64,000 nt of DNA. Origin: an uncultured Clostridia bacterium. GTDB lineage: Bacteria; Bacillota; Clostridia; Christensenellales; UBA1242. Location of the stretch: positions 69,974-133,973 of the forward strand of contig CALVNR010000003.1 in NCBI GenBank assembly GCA_944349905.1. Direction: 5' to 3'. The translations under genes were made by a program, and so were the position numbers. Under the pieces are notes generated by a model. The model saw only the letters and a list, made by a program, of their open reading frames with translations. It did no database searches and was not told where the DNA came from. Below are positions 43,301 to 47,698 of this stretch, in pieces; positions within the stretch are counted from its first letter, which is position 1; every line of letters starts with the position of its first letter.

Positions 43301-43776
43301 GGTTCAAAAGTAAAGAAATTGTCAGCAATTAAGTCAACAGTTCCGCCAACGATTGCAAATCTATTGCTTTTATTTTGCACATCTTCATTTTTTAAATACA
43401 TGTTTGTAACTTCACTATAAATTTCAATGTTTATGTATTTTGCTTCTCCCCCTTGTTCGGCAGTCAAAACAAGTTGAGTGTTTCCTTCATTTAACCCTTC
43501 AATTACAACTTCGCCTTTGCCGTCGTCTAGATAATTTACATCATTAACTTTTGCAATGCCATTATTTGTAAAATAAGGAACTTGAATAGTTTTATCATCA
43601 GAACCTGTTACTGCAAAAACAACAGTAGCAGTTGGCTGTTCATCTTTGCTATTGAGTTGAATGGATATATTTTGTGTTTCCACTTCTAATTTTACTTTTG
43701 GAGCGCCACAAGCATAAAGTATGCTTGCTCCAAGCATAACGAAGATTCCTAAAAGTCCAACGATAAACTTTTTCAT
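25339..43776 (-). CDS. Giant (6145 aa) predicted surface lipoprotein with Ig-like modules and multiple GLUG-type repeat blocks
   Basis: Single uninterrupted 18.4-kb ORF with SD AAGGAGGA. Signal peptide with lipobox MKKFIVGLLGIFVMLGASILYAC (Cys23). Big_2-like segments (GNTQLVLTAEQGG, SPTNAKDSGVSYFVVD). Many repeats such as IGGICGTNNGTIQNSSV, VAGFVLNNNGNITNSRV, ASGFVYRNEGYVENCYS, AGGIVGYNQSS..VSNCYNAG and FDGNGHTIHIKSF. Confidence 0.9.
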   Translation of the reverse strand: MKKFIVGLLGIFVMLGASILYACGAPKVKLEVETQNISIQLNSKDEQPTATVVFAVTGSDDKTIQVPYFTNNGIAKVNDVNYLDDGKGEVVIEGLNEGNTQLVLTAEQGGEAKYINIEIYSEVTNMYLKNEDVQNKSNRFAIVGGTVDLIADNFFTFEPASSNRKDVVWTFEATGTQEFNGAQISGNKLTLPENFSTAQSSTISLVATTHLGVSATVDLTCIEKITTDDIDFGVRNSKNQDYQFLSNAVADENGVKTLTLKIIPNIGENGENVGYILVEGFDNLEITPVVRNKKGEICNDLVVSSENGYEFIVYANEDLKDEEGNSIKVNSSYYISFEIGYKEFDYKIDTNDLNLGNLIVEAKEQINAINIMKGDSDATKIQQKIYSQYSSNSGFGQLYKVSLTPDTVLDVSGEIKIYVSTEQYRLGEENFVEIYTKSNGVYSKVNFNWVGEANAFVSDNISSTQISNLIHEIYIKANEKFLEEQEGNIDYGTFEGVNIVFESVDNPNVSVELKNVMLVKSSDKIEFVNEIDEIFINSSSVNTKTINFTLKGQSSVDGIIVSNSSYPKPYIQISNPSFKSIDNGNVIFSIDFTLNPEYVGITSNETYFIFEHENGAKSEPIYFNIVYPLTDASISVSNETNDITMKGEDNDLFVSETIEGQAGEIIQSSSQISDSVLMIKNGKTIPVSHIFNKTLNNISALATIGVKYLDFTFDENEDYDAQLTAFLERFNSSDGKIGIINDVNVKGNSSVVSINSTYDVIETKGNGYTYVIFSYQGINDKGNQVTLYKVLLIESYQAISQLSVEPSSDKSFVIYSKNSVGNAEEVSKTVTISYSRADATYVDISNFVFEANIGGTDVKGYIQSNADINSNENLKIKWVDSNNNEFENIYFDIYVDRINGKQMQLSIIGLSTNNQPNYKQTLQLSYSISSKDNKFEIIDVIGEGLKTAPYIVSLDFTIINADRVEELIVDGIDENGIYFEVGNSNQMSNSFLVKTSPTNAKDSGVSYFVVDKNGRKDFVNVKAVSTNRIRIDLSSALTEGTSGKLYLFPSDSVINGYINYQYYKQNQDNQELVSGQILVDDLNNIKSGTSQTNYQWLVENAFFVNNQGENIYFKEFFHCYDILVADGLSFDYAYRVYSENDFRENGANLFYTVMNDLTLSLDAKSCLYDNFTGGLQGKDGDETITLTGYSFADTITKTGVEGGIVRNIKFNGEITKSSGFVANTNEGTIDNVTIDTYGLYSSFIRSSEPYIGGICGTNNGTIQNSSVLGLQINGEGTVVGGVAGLNKGIIKRVRVEFYNLKSDKETEKTKLNTFVGNIVGGIVGQASTNQTIFQAYVYDYNLDSATSNNRLQGTSVGALVGQTLANVTFEQCFAFVDNFVGQANEDETLTDEQKVAKGFVGNISSYTISIVDSYISYFTTSGEDENPTSNFNSTIVKTNNSVFIESGYGFNENINGGNAYLIAFYQDEKVNSISLSSAVIEDNSTNLYKAITNGEVIVFFYNGIGYDTGSLTTSQLQDYKQLNTISISDLLGIYNKNIVLESSSSSLLVTGSELYVQYTNTTFDLNLYSKQDVSLSKQLKASIEKAVSDIEVISQNSIGEIEKYTHETNAEINLQKTKSKQFVANFKTTSVYLGNDAVEYKIDMVDNFAYYEVSDDTSEVKFEQLGSNVFNAISNGNNKLNISIYPLISTNSQTDGTLSDEQRLIKDELEVAFSINPKDGAIEIGMTANTLSISPSTVATVSVNLFTTDENDEVVPEIYIVGAGDVLTKLVANADSNSNSIVYSLNGEARIEVIDITSNPLASTYSNTTSYLKTFNFNFAVYESYKEKLKSDEVYKVQFVAKSGYTSSQLTLNINKQEISKIDVSNYKVTNTNYKSNKTVYTTASTTTGILAPGTSSIMQVSVNPQYAYYDYLEVTYGNSPISNGVTFTPVAKSTNNEFTSTSEINFERLTDKEGFRYYPSKNNIASDANNNLYKNNLYFLTTINGAIPQDCTIEITISYYVFDEETGQPSQIDYVKTYIFVSYLSEPSITIDGKNSVLLAKGGSAEVEIVVNLDQRVEGIDVSEAESGIDYYLISENIDSTTNKRIYKYRLTASILAESKNDDGRIYLNATVIREINNQVESKRTTATVTLVDFKINEKESYLDNSKDNTLDVYVNVNQVLSYNYVFDPEELVYDNNDKDSTDAYKYIMDQRNIFEQNQYYPQIESDGSLSEGSKDSYLINVRKNSGLNTTYSEIPLIDRIYYVVGDNMFVPVTAGNVDSPFNISVIDGKINIFANTKTEATRQIMIRTYVTINGEENKYDQYYTLRAVVYSDKDLPLTIDNSEEFLQLSSSEENTAHDYILMNDIVLENYTPFNTNFISSFDGNGHTIHIKSFDVESQSGVLNLALFNNVTENTLLKNVRVNLYNGGRISVNVNDFSEINIAGFAIENNGIITNSEVVSYYTDKYSQLNDSMKTESTVKISGQSGIVVTYTQGNTTKVNMQEGSSWKSNVAGFVLNNNGNITNSRVGGDKIIELGQVTQSVGLINAKYINLETFNIVAQGQVAGFVLQNQSSVAASYVKNLAMENNSMTEREEKAYASGFVGINNGSIITSYVEGVKQSTSLPNDIYARLGSEIKSNLCVVTGFVLTNSADANIKDCYSNIKISSIDNSNPVYLASGFVYRNEGYVENCYSASQIENQKFYQMNFSGISAEGDLLANGKYVNCYYYNQEYSEEDSSTGASTENDFDTNVLMVPDPSNADYFYGFAIASFGNDDGIWYMDSTSIEEGRETLKLIEPDMLTISYRYKQELSSEIGSYILPYGSILLEGEQINTTLGSKINPIIIKSAEEFVEATGSSSSTPIQNQYNDKAIFGSYRLVDNIDMRAFNAQTITLPSTQRAFSGNLYGNGFTINNLSLTYNGSNLSYGLFKSIEIYTELRDADNPRIINLNLDVSSNLFAPDVIYVGTLAGYIKDALLINIDINYSNNAQVQGKNFAGSVAGLIANSTIIKNIEVTNPNIHAVKLPSTETETFFDLPRVIDYRTVLNNLNYNYTFTGNDSIANYVANYSYAGGVAGYVDIFNSTSINSYFEYNENQEFNIINVKVDGIVKIIGQVAGGLFGLTAQQTAIQDVGIVVSGSMNQNSSHILTTKDFAGGVIGQSFGYISKIFAEHEENVQKDIEDYIALYYLENKDVERGILDLFMPEDSDLRKYDQKAIGGLIGYVGSGLLEIGYSKLNVISTTVDSAGGIIGQTDLRYTRSYLVDNNKVAVGQYTRFLLNEVYSVGDVRASKNGESKNSGGMIGTISNSNDRIAFLASNAINFFTNINYDTGEKYSDTEIGNKVYQFVGGAGTDVDLPTSVSFWTARKEGATGEEAAKAVASVGYVQDYKFGNNGTVNINLYKDWKNSSSTDSADDSTYMVEGIYTYTSGTIGYQATQKVFLNSGVWSVENWAHAADRIFPEIKYSLADPSIIYLDSYASSITRVLTAMRQNPTITVIVRGLKENSENEYADIDLTPYLSNYEIAGFGGSIISSNEYQVNENNQSRQVRLILNNSLLKSTSPGFSITNTHIKYDSTTAINGGIISVSTIEGASIDGLKIYLESGVTFNITENSLNAGLIAPSLYSTQINSLYIDTAEVPGNALTVRFSDDFKENINEDVNVNVGLISGQAIQDSETSVMYVRNVFISTPEDTQNLISFDENTKNRINNANVGLYFGLIEKESPNENGRPKSDFRLEINTIENASMSVYAKKGLNAGGYVGSSSNLNNFSVGSSSTLNSNISIVLNENCKNANIGGIFGNLTDGSEISLNAYNEYASTNGSINVTVKSDETNNIEIVKANIGGIIGYSKKQTSISNFNVGVNIGKKISLTSENREQAIGGLIGHNESKTSINSVKIGNHNNNGINLTVGENTPIKVGSAVGYSSGLISSENTNGYILSDLDITILNPQSSTRSTGNTSPYHVGGLVGYYSYANDESANLTSSSAYTGNIKFELSSNSKNSIFAGGIFGYVNGSNFTISNTVFGGKIIVETPNSNNVYAGGTVGYINAEKTTQFNINYAYNYGDVFIDYKNKDNTLSNYYFGGIIGNINGNNKAVLSNCYSAVTNHNARLASSGSSTTNAIIGGGSIKGDNVYYNSAVCLAFDTQATDIGYNANSIKGYSKDENEETDIGYNSSSDKGYSKDENEETGIFIIGKIKGLNQSLSEFATWLKETENKNWHDNISKLNPSSEYLTEGKTDGNEFDYDIKYYTADVLLNASNLETLTNVAIVGNFVDIDLTSNSNIIEKAVVSSISGYSSISGVNLIINMSSDSATNNVGGLVDQMSKNSIIYGVGVNGSMSIGGTASISMGGIVGQMTGGLIAESYTNLDMIYRAADGGTISAIANYANGNNAYIDYTYATGSVVTYIDANMYAFASGTTSLNISNSYTIAKLDWNDYTSENTSPSGTIGVFSGASTTNSYFDTNGVNYNGLTDTNTSEFLEGGSLFKYNNWVKDIDFNYGYPTRGFVYLKQSSWAERNSGDSTAKEKPITYDDCITTYTYTKVLNGEVPSSTKGYSYMIPNAGILAKITDITANNFVLMYDIDLSNTEYNNEWVSLSQKDKNEKELGFAGVELDGQDKTIVGLNTSLFKTLSGTVRNLRLTEISSSTAALANEISNGTVSNMTLEGTINIEKYVEHAGALANTITGGNIDTVTSIDTVTSMVKIDSTGNIGAIAGSVSGEVNINFCSNYGPLNTTGNAAGGIVGQIASGSTTIIDYCFNGSSVLSGYTNTEDSEDNGYYAGGIVGYNQSSSMTVSNCYNAGMIKAGNKNNTSMSYAAGIVAKSVELNNNTYKISDCYNEGPIEALGENPEIKFKIENINRVDEKIYKNITYTYDPKLGTIPAIENIDDLKIQVVQESKPNVSANYISNINANNVNYNENVEVVRNGGACKKGTVYYELNYQNNQEVYIKNYESELLQYYDPTTTGNYWELKYWKKVYDGVGAIAGTEYEMVLKIRPEVTEQAIKKDDTGYFCILQSNYLGIPVVFADYQKLNIFSAIITNTYEESPFWEYDYIIRTYGKNANAKSAFDLFLYDKTDSNLSLEEAVLEKINTGLEVARKDDLSLSKNDFSPSNSNEDDILTVKINNTSYYLADKYSAAFDSSTFEYSWTTTIDGLEDTNIENYNITEGATIKYGENNISNIEDKIDIDVQKNGDNAVTVTLTYISNVELDSPTLTATINYRNEQAVNFVEIKESPYIYIDEDSFAIDLDNVILGEENQTNLESSILQSYKEDGKLQVGENTYDNIIKFASGSNYYYFVYDTTNHQLMYYFNANYNNEQVNIKNQATSVYDFILSMPKSFTASREETASVALTFNNETNVAYSAKNEITKSSSYYGHEITFSDFTKEGSEMITSYNYYYNGSQDAIIGILNTENTMLISISKDIERFSLLDTTLLKAPYFAYFNGDFVYSNFLIENVKKFGEDENATSFVITLKSNTAEYFSSKMVNYYFQLKGEIINSDSANIVYDPNFQFDLNTKVSKTKNNITYITTYSNYAISKNYSHQLNGGENNDLLYYNRDLFINGVTSTATATYNTVDTVSITNNNNFAVVYSYKDSQNQEIVGVLDAKATINLSNISDFKVHTTISDPIISDDRIEIVYENETILYNLNLVIKFSEENQLIIDWENSSLYEITSENAIEFNDSYKSNFNISSFADNFYLYLNVNSWDNILKIYKTNPEITDSTDLNLSIQGDLNYYYEGEYLSSNNINSDFYVNNSNLEWDKIFRKDNESDPKIVTIFKNYSEFELKEIKTCSTSWENTSSVTGSHVESAKYDIIMLNDIFITTAKKLKIDYNISGNGYSVIITGNENTQAIFNEIENDKFLKEMNIAGTTNSATLLSQESSPILVGINIFGSILNYNSTTYSISTIDLIRYKQNTEKSDFLGLSTTNGKNVNIFAVLHSIENNTSEYSLLDENYQLKIFYSGKQGNIIINNNFNYYGLIIASNGNNSDKDGNSITINSKADMTNSMLKTGDGFNGNYTQGSSLTGASYGGKVGKLLTEDGTEMNKTNLKIIDSIVGNNGGLIEKNWNDYSIGDIWTTGEAWGGKWTSPMGVTYKDVRTVVCTPTIQNTYYFFIFANRHQSGGNILDYNLGEIDDTARIDYAARDEVLNQFVNKFSYLWLMADGTPLHKAPQPIS
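29761..29796 (-). repeat. In-frame 18-bp tandem duplication inside the giant gene
   Basis: tgtaacagtatcaatact / tgtaacagtatcaatatt encodes IDTVTS-IDTVTS (about aa 4661-4672). Confidence 0.9.
31291..31410 (-). repeat. In-frame 60-bp tandem duplication inside the giant gene
   Basis: Two 60-bp units (31291-31350 and 31351-31410) differ at 4 positions. They encode TDIGYNANSIKGYSKDENEE / TDIGYNSSSDKGYSKDENEE (about aa 4123-4162). Confidence 0.9.
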
Positions 43777-43824
43777 TTTTCCTCCTTGTTTAATATTTGT
43801 AATTTACAAAATATTAAACCTTTA

Positions 43825-43855
43825 TAGGCGACAAAAACAAGAACATGTCGTCCTA
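43825..43855 (-). promoter_or_regulatory. 5'-UTR stem-loop of the giant gene
   Basis: taggcgac (43825-43832) pairs with gtcgtccta (43847-43855), giving 8 bp plus one bulge. It lies between the predicted promoter and the SD. Confidence 0.4.
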
Positions 43856-43862
43856 TGTAAAA

Positions 43863-43891
43863 AGTATACTTTTTATGTAAAAAAATGTCAA
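43863..43891 (-). promoter_or_regulatory. Promoter of the giant gene
   Basis: Minus strand: TTGACA (43891-43886), 17 nt, TATACT (43868-43863). Confidence 0.55.
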
Positions 43892-44222
43892 ATAAATAAA
43901 AATAAAAATAAATATATTTTTATATATTTTATTTAAGTCTCAAAAATATTTTTTATTTATTTTTTGACTAAAAACAATTTACAAATTATATGATTTTTGT
44001 ATTAAAATATCAAAAAAATATTTTTAGCCACTAAAATAAAGGGATTTAACAAATCAGAAAAAAACAAATTAAATTGAAAAATAAATTTAAAAATTATATT
44101 TTTTAATGTTTTTTTTGATATTTTTTTAATTTTTTTTAATTTTTTGTTCAATTTTTATTTTAATTATTTTTTTTACAAGATTAAATTCTTAAAAAATAAT
44201 TATATTTTATTTTTTTGATTAT

Positions 44223-44251
44223 TTTACAAAATTATTTTTTTGTGATATTAT
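44223..44251 (+). promoter_or_regulatory. ttcA-like gene promoter with leaderless geometry
   Basis: TTTACA (44223-44228), 17 nt, TGaTATTAT (-10 at 44246-44251), then 6 nt and the ATG at 44258. No SD. Confidence 0.5.
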
Positions 44252-44257
44252 ATCTAC

Positions 44258-44959
44258 ATGAGAAAAATTTTAAGTTTAACAAGAAAAGTATGCGAAGAAT
44301 ATTCACTATTGAAAAAAGGCGACAAGGTTGCTGTTGGCGTTTCTGGTGGCAAAGATAGTTTAACTTTGCTTTATACTTTGTCACAATACAAAAAATATAT
44401 TTTTAATGATTTTGACATAGTTGCTATTGCCGTAGATTTGACAAATGGCAAAAACGATTATTCACAAATAAAAGAGTTATGTAAAAATTTAGATGTAGAA
44501 TTTGAAATTGTTCCATCAAATATCTTTGAAATTGTTTTTGATATAAGAAAAGAAAAAAATCCTTGTTCTCTCTGTGCCAATTTAAGAAGAGGGTTATTGA
44601 ATAGCAAAGCGAAAGAACTCGGTTGCAACAAGGTTGCATTAGGGCATCATAGAGATGATTTGATTGAAACATTTTTGCTGTCTTTGTTCTTTGAAGGACG
44701 CATTTCAACATTTAAGCCTATCACTTATTTGTCAAAAATGGATTTAACTGTTATTCGCCCTCTATTATATTGCGAAGAATCAGCGATAGCCAAAATAGGA
44801 AGCAACCTGCCAATATTAAAAAATATTTGTCCTGCCGATAAACACACAGAAAGAGAAAAAGCCAAACAAGTTTTGAAGTCGCTTGAACAATTTTATCCAA
44901 ATTGTAAGGAAAAATTATTTAACGCAATAATTCATAAAGATAGATATAATTTGTTTTAA
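44258..44959 (+). CDS. PP-loop ATPase, TtcA-type tRNA thiolation enzyme family
   Basis: PP-loop VAVGVSGGKDSLTLL, CSLCANLRRG cysteine motif and GHHRDD. Confidence 0.8.
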   Translation: MRKILSLTRKVCEEYSLLKKGDKVAVGVSGGKDSLTLLYTLSQYKKYIFNDFDIVAIAVDLTNGKNDYSQIKELCKNLDVEFEIVPSNIFEIVFDIRKEKNPCSLCANLRRGLLNSKAKELGCNKVALGHHRDDLIETFLLSLFFEGRISTFKPITYLSKMDLTVIRPLLYCEESAIAKIGSNLPILKNICPADKHTEREKAKQVLKSLEQFYPNCKEKLFNAIIHKDRYNLF

Positions 44960-45012
44960 TTTTAAAAAAAATGCACAAATATTATAAAAAAACGCAAAAA
45001 TATCAAGAAAAA

Positions 45013-45041
45013 TTGACATTTTTTTGATATTTTTTTAAAAT
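45013..45041 (+). promoter_or_regulatory. gpmI promoter
   Basis: TTGACA (45013-45018), 17 nt, TAAAAT (45036-45041). It is embedded in an 11-bp inverted repeat (44996-45006 / 45024-45034). Confidence 0.55.
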
Positions 45042-45067
45042 TATAAAAATTAATAAAAGGGGTTTTT

Positions 45068-46570
45068 ATGGTCACATTGGTAATTTTAGACGGATTTGGA
45101 ATTAAAAAAGAAAAATATGGAAATGCTATTGCTTGTGCTGGCACACCAAATCTTGACAAACTTACAAAGATGTATCCTCATACATTGCTGTCAGCAAGTG
45201 GTAAAGTAGTTGGTTTGCCAGAAGGTCAAATGGGCAACAGTGAAGTAGGGCATTTAACGCTTGGCGCAGGAAGAGTGATTTTGCAAGATTTAGAAAAAAT
45301 AAACGAAGAAATAGCAAATGGAAGTTTTTTTGAAAATACAAATTTGTTAAAAGCAGTCAACCATGCAAAAAAGAATAAAAGTTCGCTTCATATAATGGGG
45401 TTATTATCAGATGGTGGTGTACACAGCCATATTAATCATCTTTTTGCCATACTTGATGTCGCACAAAAGAATCAATTAGATAAAGTATATATTCATGTCT
45501 TTACAGATGGAAGAGATACACAATATAATAGTGCTATTAAATATATACAAATATTAGAAGATAAAATAAAAGCCACCCCTTTTAAAATCGCTTCAATTTC
45601 AGGCAGATTGTATGCTATGGATAGAGAAAAAAGATATGACAGACTAGAAAAAACTTACAACACTCTTATTTACGGGGAAAATTATAAAGATTTATCAGCA
45701 ACGCAAGTAGTAAGTGATAGCTATAAAAACAATATATATGATGAATTTATTTTGCCAACTTTGATAGACAAAAATGGAACGATAAAAGATAATGATAGTG
45801 TAATTTTTTATAATTTCCGTTCTGACAGAGCAATTGAATTGACAAAAGCAATTACAGACAGCAAATTTAAAGAATTTAAAACAAAAAAAATAAAAAACCT
45901 TTTATTCTCTCCTATGGAATTGTATCATGAAAGTTTTTCTTCGCTAAATGTTTTGTATCCGCCAGAAGTTGTCACAAACAATCTTTCAGCAATAATTTCT
46001 CAAAATGGTTTAAGACAATTTCACCTTGCCGAGACAACTAAATACGCACATGTTACTTTTTTCTTTAATGGAACAATAGAAAAAGAATACAAAGGTGAAG
46101 AAAGATGTTTAATAGAAAGTTTAAACACAAAAGATTTTTCTTATTATCCAAAAATGAAAGCAATAGAAATAACAGAAAAAGCACTCGATGCTATTGCCTC
46201 AGAAAAATATGATTTTATTTTGGTAAATTATTCAAATGCGGATATGATTGGACATACTGGCAATTTTGAAGCAACAAAAGAGGCTATTAAATGCGTTGAA
46301 AAACAAGCTTATGCTTTGGCCCTTGCAACAATAATGGCAGGTGGCGACTGCATAATAACAGCAGACCATGGGAACGCAGAAGAAATGTTTGATAGAAACG
46401 GAAACAAAATCACTTCTCACACTTGCAATCCCGTTCCATTTATTTTGGCAAGCGAAAACAAAAAAAATGTCAAGCTACAAAAAAACAAATCAATAGCAAA
46501 TGTTGCACCGACAATTTTAAAACTTTTAAACATAGAAAAACCACAAGAAATGGAAACACCACTATTCTAA
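45068..46570 (+). CDS. gpmI: 2,3-bisphosphoglycerate-independent phosphoglycerate mutase
   Basis: 500 aa beginning VILDGFG, with MGNSEVGHLTLGAGR, TDGRDT and ADHGNAE motifs. SD AAAGGGG. Confidence 0.95.
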   Translation: MVTLVILDGFGIKKEKYGNAIACAGTPNLDKLTKMYPHTLLSASGKVVGLPEGQMGNSEVGHLTLGAGRVILQDLEKINEEIANGSFFENTNLLKAVNHAKKNKSSLHIMGLLSDGGVHSHINHLFAILDVAQKNQLDKVYIHVFTDGRDTQYNSAIKYIQILEDKIKATPFKIASISGRLYAMDREKRYDRLEKTYNTLIYGENYKDLSATQVVSDSYKNNIYDEFILPTLIDKNGTIKDNDSVIFYNFRSDRAIELTKAITDSKFKEFKTKKIKNLLFSPMELYHESFSSLNVLYPPEVVTNNLSAIISQNGLRQFHLAETTKYAHVTFFFNGTIEKEYKGEERCLIESLNTKDFSYYPKMKAIEITEKALDAIASEKYDFILVNYSNADMIGHTGNFEATKEAIKCVEKQAYALALATIMAGGDCIITADHGNAEEMFDRNGNKITSHTCNPVPFILASENKKNVKLQKNKSIANVAPTILKLLNIEKPQEMETPLF

Positions 46571-46584
46571 ATAGCGGTGTTTTT
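46555..46584 (+). terminator. Candidate gpmI terminator overlapping its stop codon
   Basis: Stem aacaccac / gcggtgtt (46555-46562 / 46574-46581, one mismatch) followed by TTTT. It lies inside the 3' end of the convergent mscS ORF. Confidence 0.4.
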
Positions 46585-47655
46585 AAATAATTTTAATTTT
46601 ATTTTTTTAAATTTTTTGATATTTTTTGATTTTATTACATTTTTTTGATACTTTTTGTTTGTTTTTAACATATTTTTTATTAAATTAAAATTAATTTTAC
46701 TTTTCAAACTATTGTTTTTTCTTTTTTTCTCTTTACTAAAAATTTCAACCAAATTGATATTCTCCAAATCAAATGAATGTTTAACCTTTCTTATTTTTTC
46801 AATTCTTTTTGGAATACCTTTTCCATTTACTGGCAAAACTACTTTGTCTTTTCTTTCTCTAAATTCAATTTGGTCGTATGGTATTGAAATTTTATTTCTC
46901 TTTAATTCTTCATATACCAGTTCTAACACATCAAAATATACGTCCCAATAATCTTCACTATCACACCAACCCCTAGCAACAAATTCTATACTGCTAGAAT
47001 TAAGAGCATTTAATCTGCAAAAAGGTTCTGGATTTAATAATACTTTACCATTACTATACATGCATTCTATTATCAAATTTTTCACTTTTTGAACATCGCT
47101 TTCATAGGAAACAGAAAATTTCCATTCTACTCTTCTAGTAGTACATGTGTCATAATCTACAACAGAATTATTTATAATTGTAGAATTTGGGATTGTTACT
47201 CTTTTATTATCAGAAGTTAATATTGTAGTAAAAAGGAAATTTATTTGAACAACTTTTCCTTCTTTTCCGTCAACAGATATATAATCACCTTTTTTAAACA
47301 TCTTAGAAGAAACTACAATCAAACCGTTTGCGACATTTGCTATATTGTTTTGCAAAGCTAAGCCCACAGCCAGCAAAATAGCACTTAATGCTGTAATAAC
47401 ACCTGTAATTTGAACACCTATTATTGCAAGCAATATCAATATTAAGCACAAATACAAAGCAACTTTTAAAATTCCTATTACAAACCCCAATGCTATTTTT
47501 TCTATTTTTGTTTTATTTAATATTCTTTTGGTAATGTTAATAAATATTTTAATGATTATAATTCCGACAAATAAAACTGCAAAAAACAAAATTATATTCC
47601 AAATATTTGATTTGAAAAATGTAACTATATCGTTCCAAAGTTGATTCCAATCCAT
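46567..47655 (-). CDS. mscS: Small-conductance mechanosensitive channel (MscS family) with a lysine-rich C-terminal tail
   Basis: TM helices followed by the conserved MscS beta-domain (FKKGDYISVDGKEGKVVQINFLFTTILTSDNKRVTIPNS). SD AAGGAG. Confidence 0.85.
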   Translation of the reverse strand: MDWNQLWNDIVTFFKSNIWNIILFFAVLFVGIIIIKIFINITKRILNKTKIEKIALGFVIGILKVALYLCLILILLAIIGVQITGVITALSAILLAVGLALQNNIANVANGLIVVSSKMFKKGDYISVDGKEGKVVQINFLFTTILTSDNKRVTIPNSTIINNSVVDYDTCTTRRVEWKFSVSYESDVQKVKNLIIECMYSNGKVLLNPEPFCRLNALNSSSIEFVARGWCDSEDYWDVYFDVLELVYEELKRNKISIPYDQIEFRERKDKVVLPVNGKGIPKRIEKIRKVKHSFDLENINLVEIFSKEKKRKNNSLKSKINFNLIKNMLKTNKKYQKNVIKSKNIKKFKKIKLKLFKNTAI

Positions 47656-47698
47656 AAATCACTCCTTATCTTTTTGTATGTTTTTCAATTTATTATAA

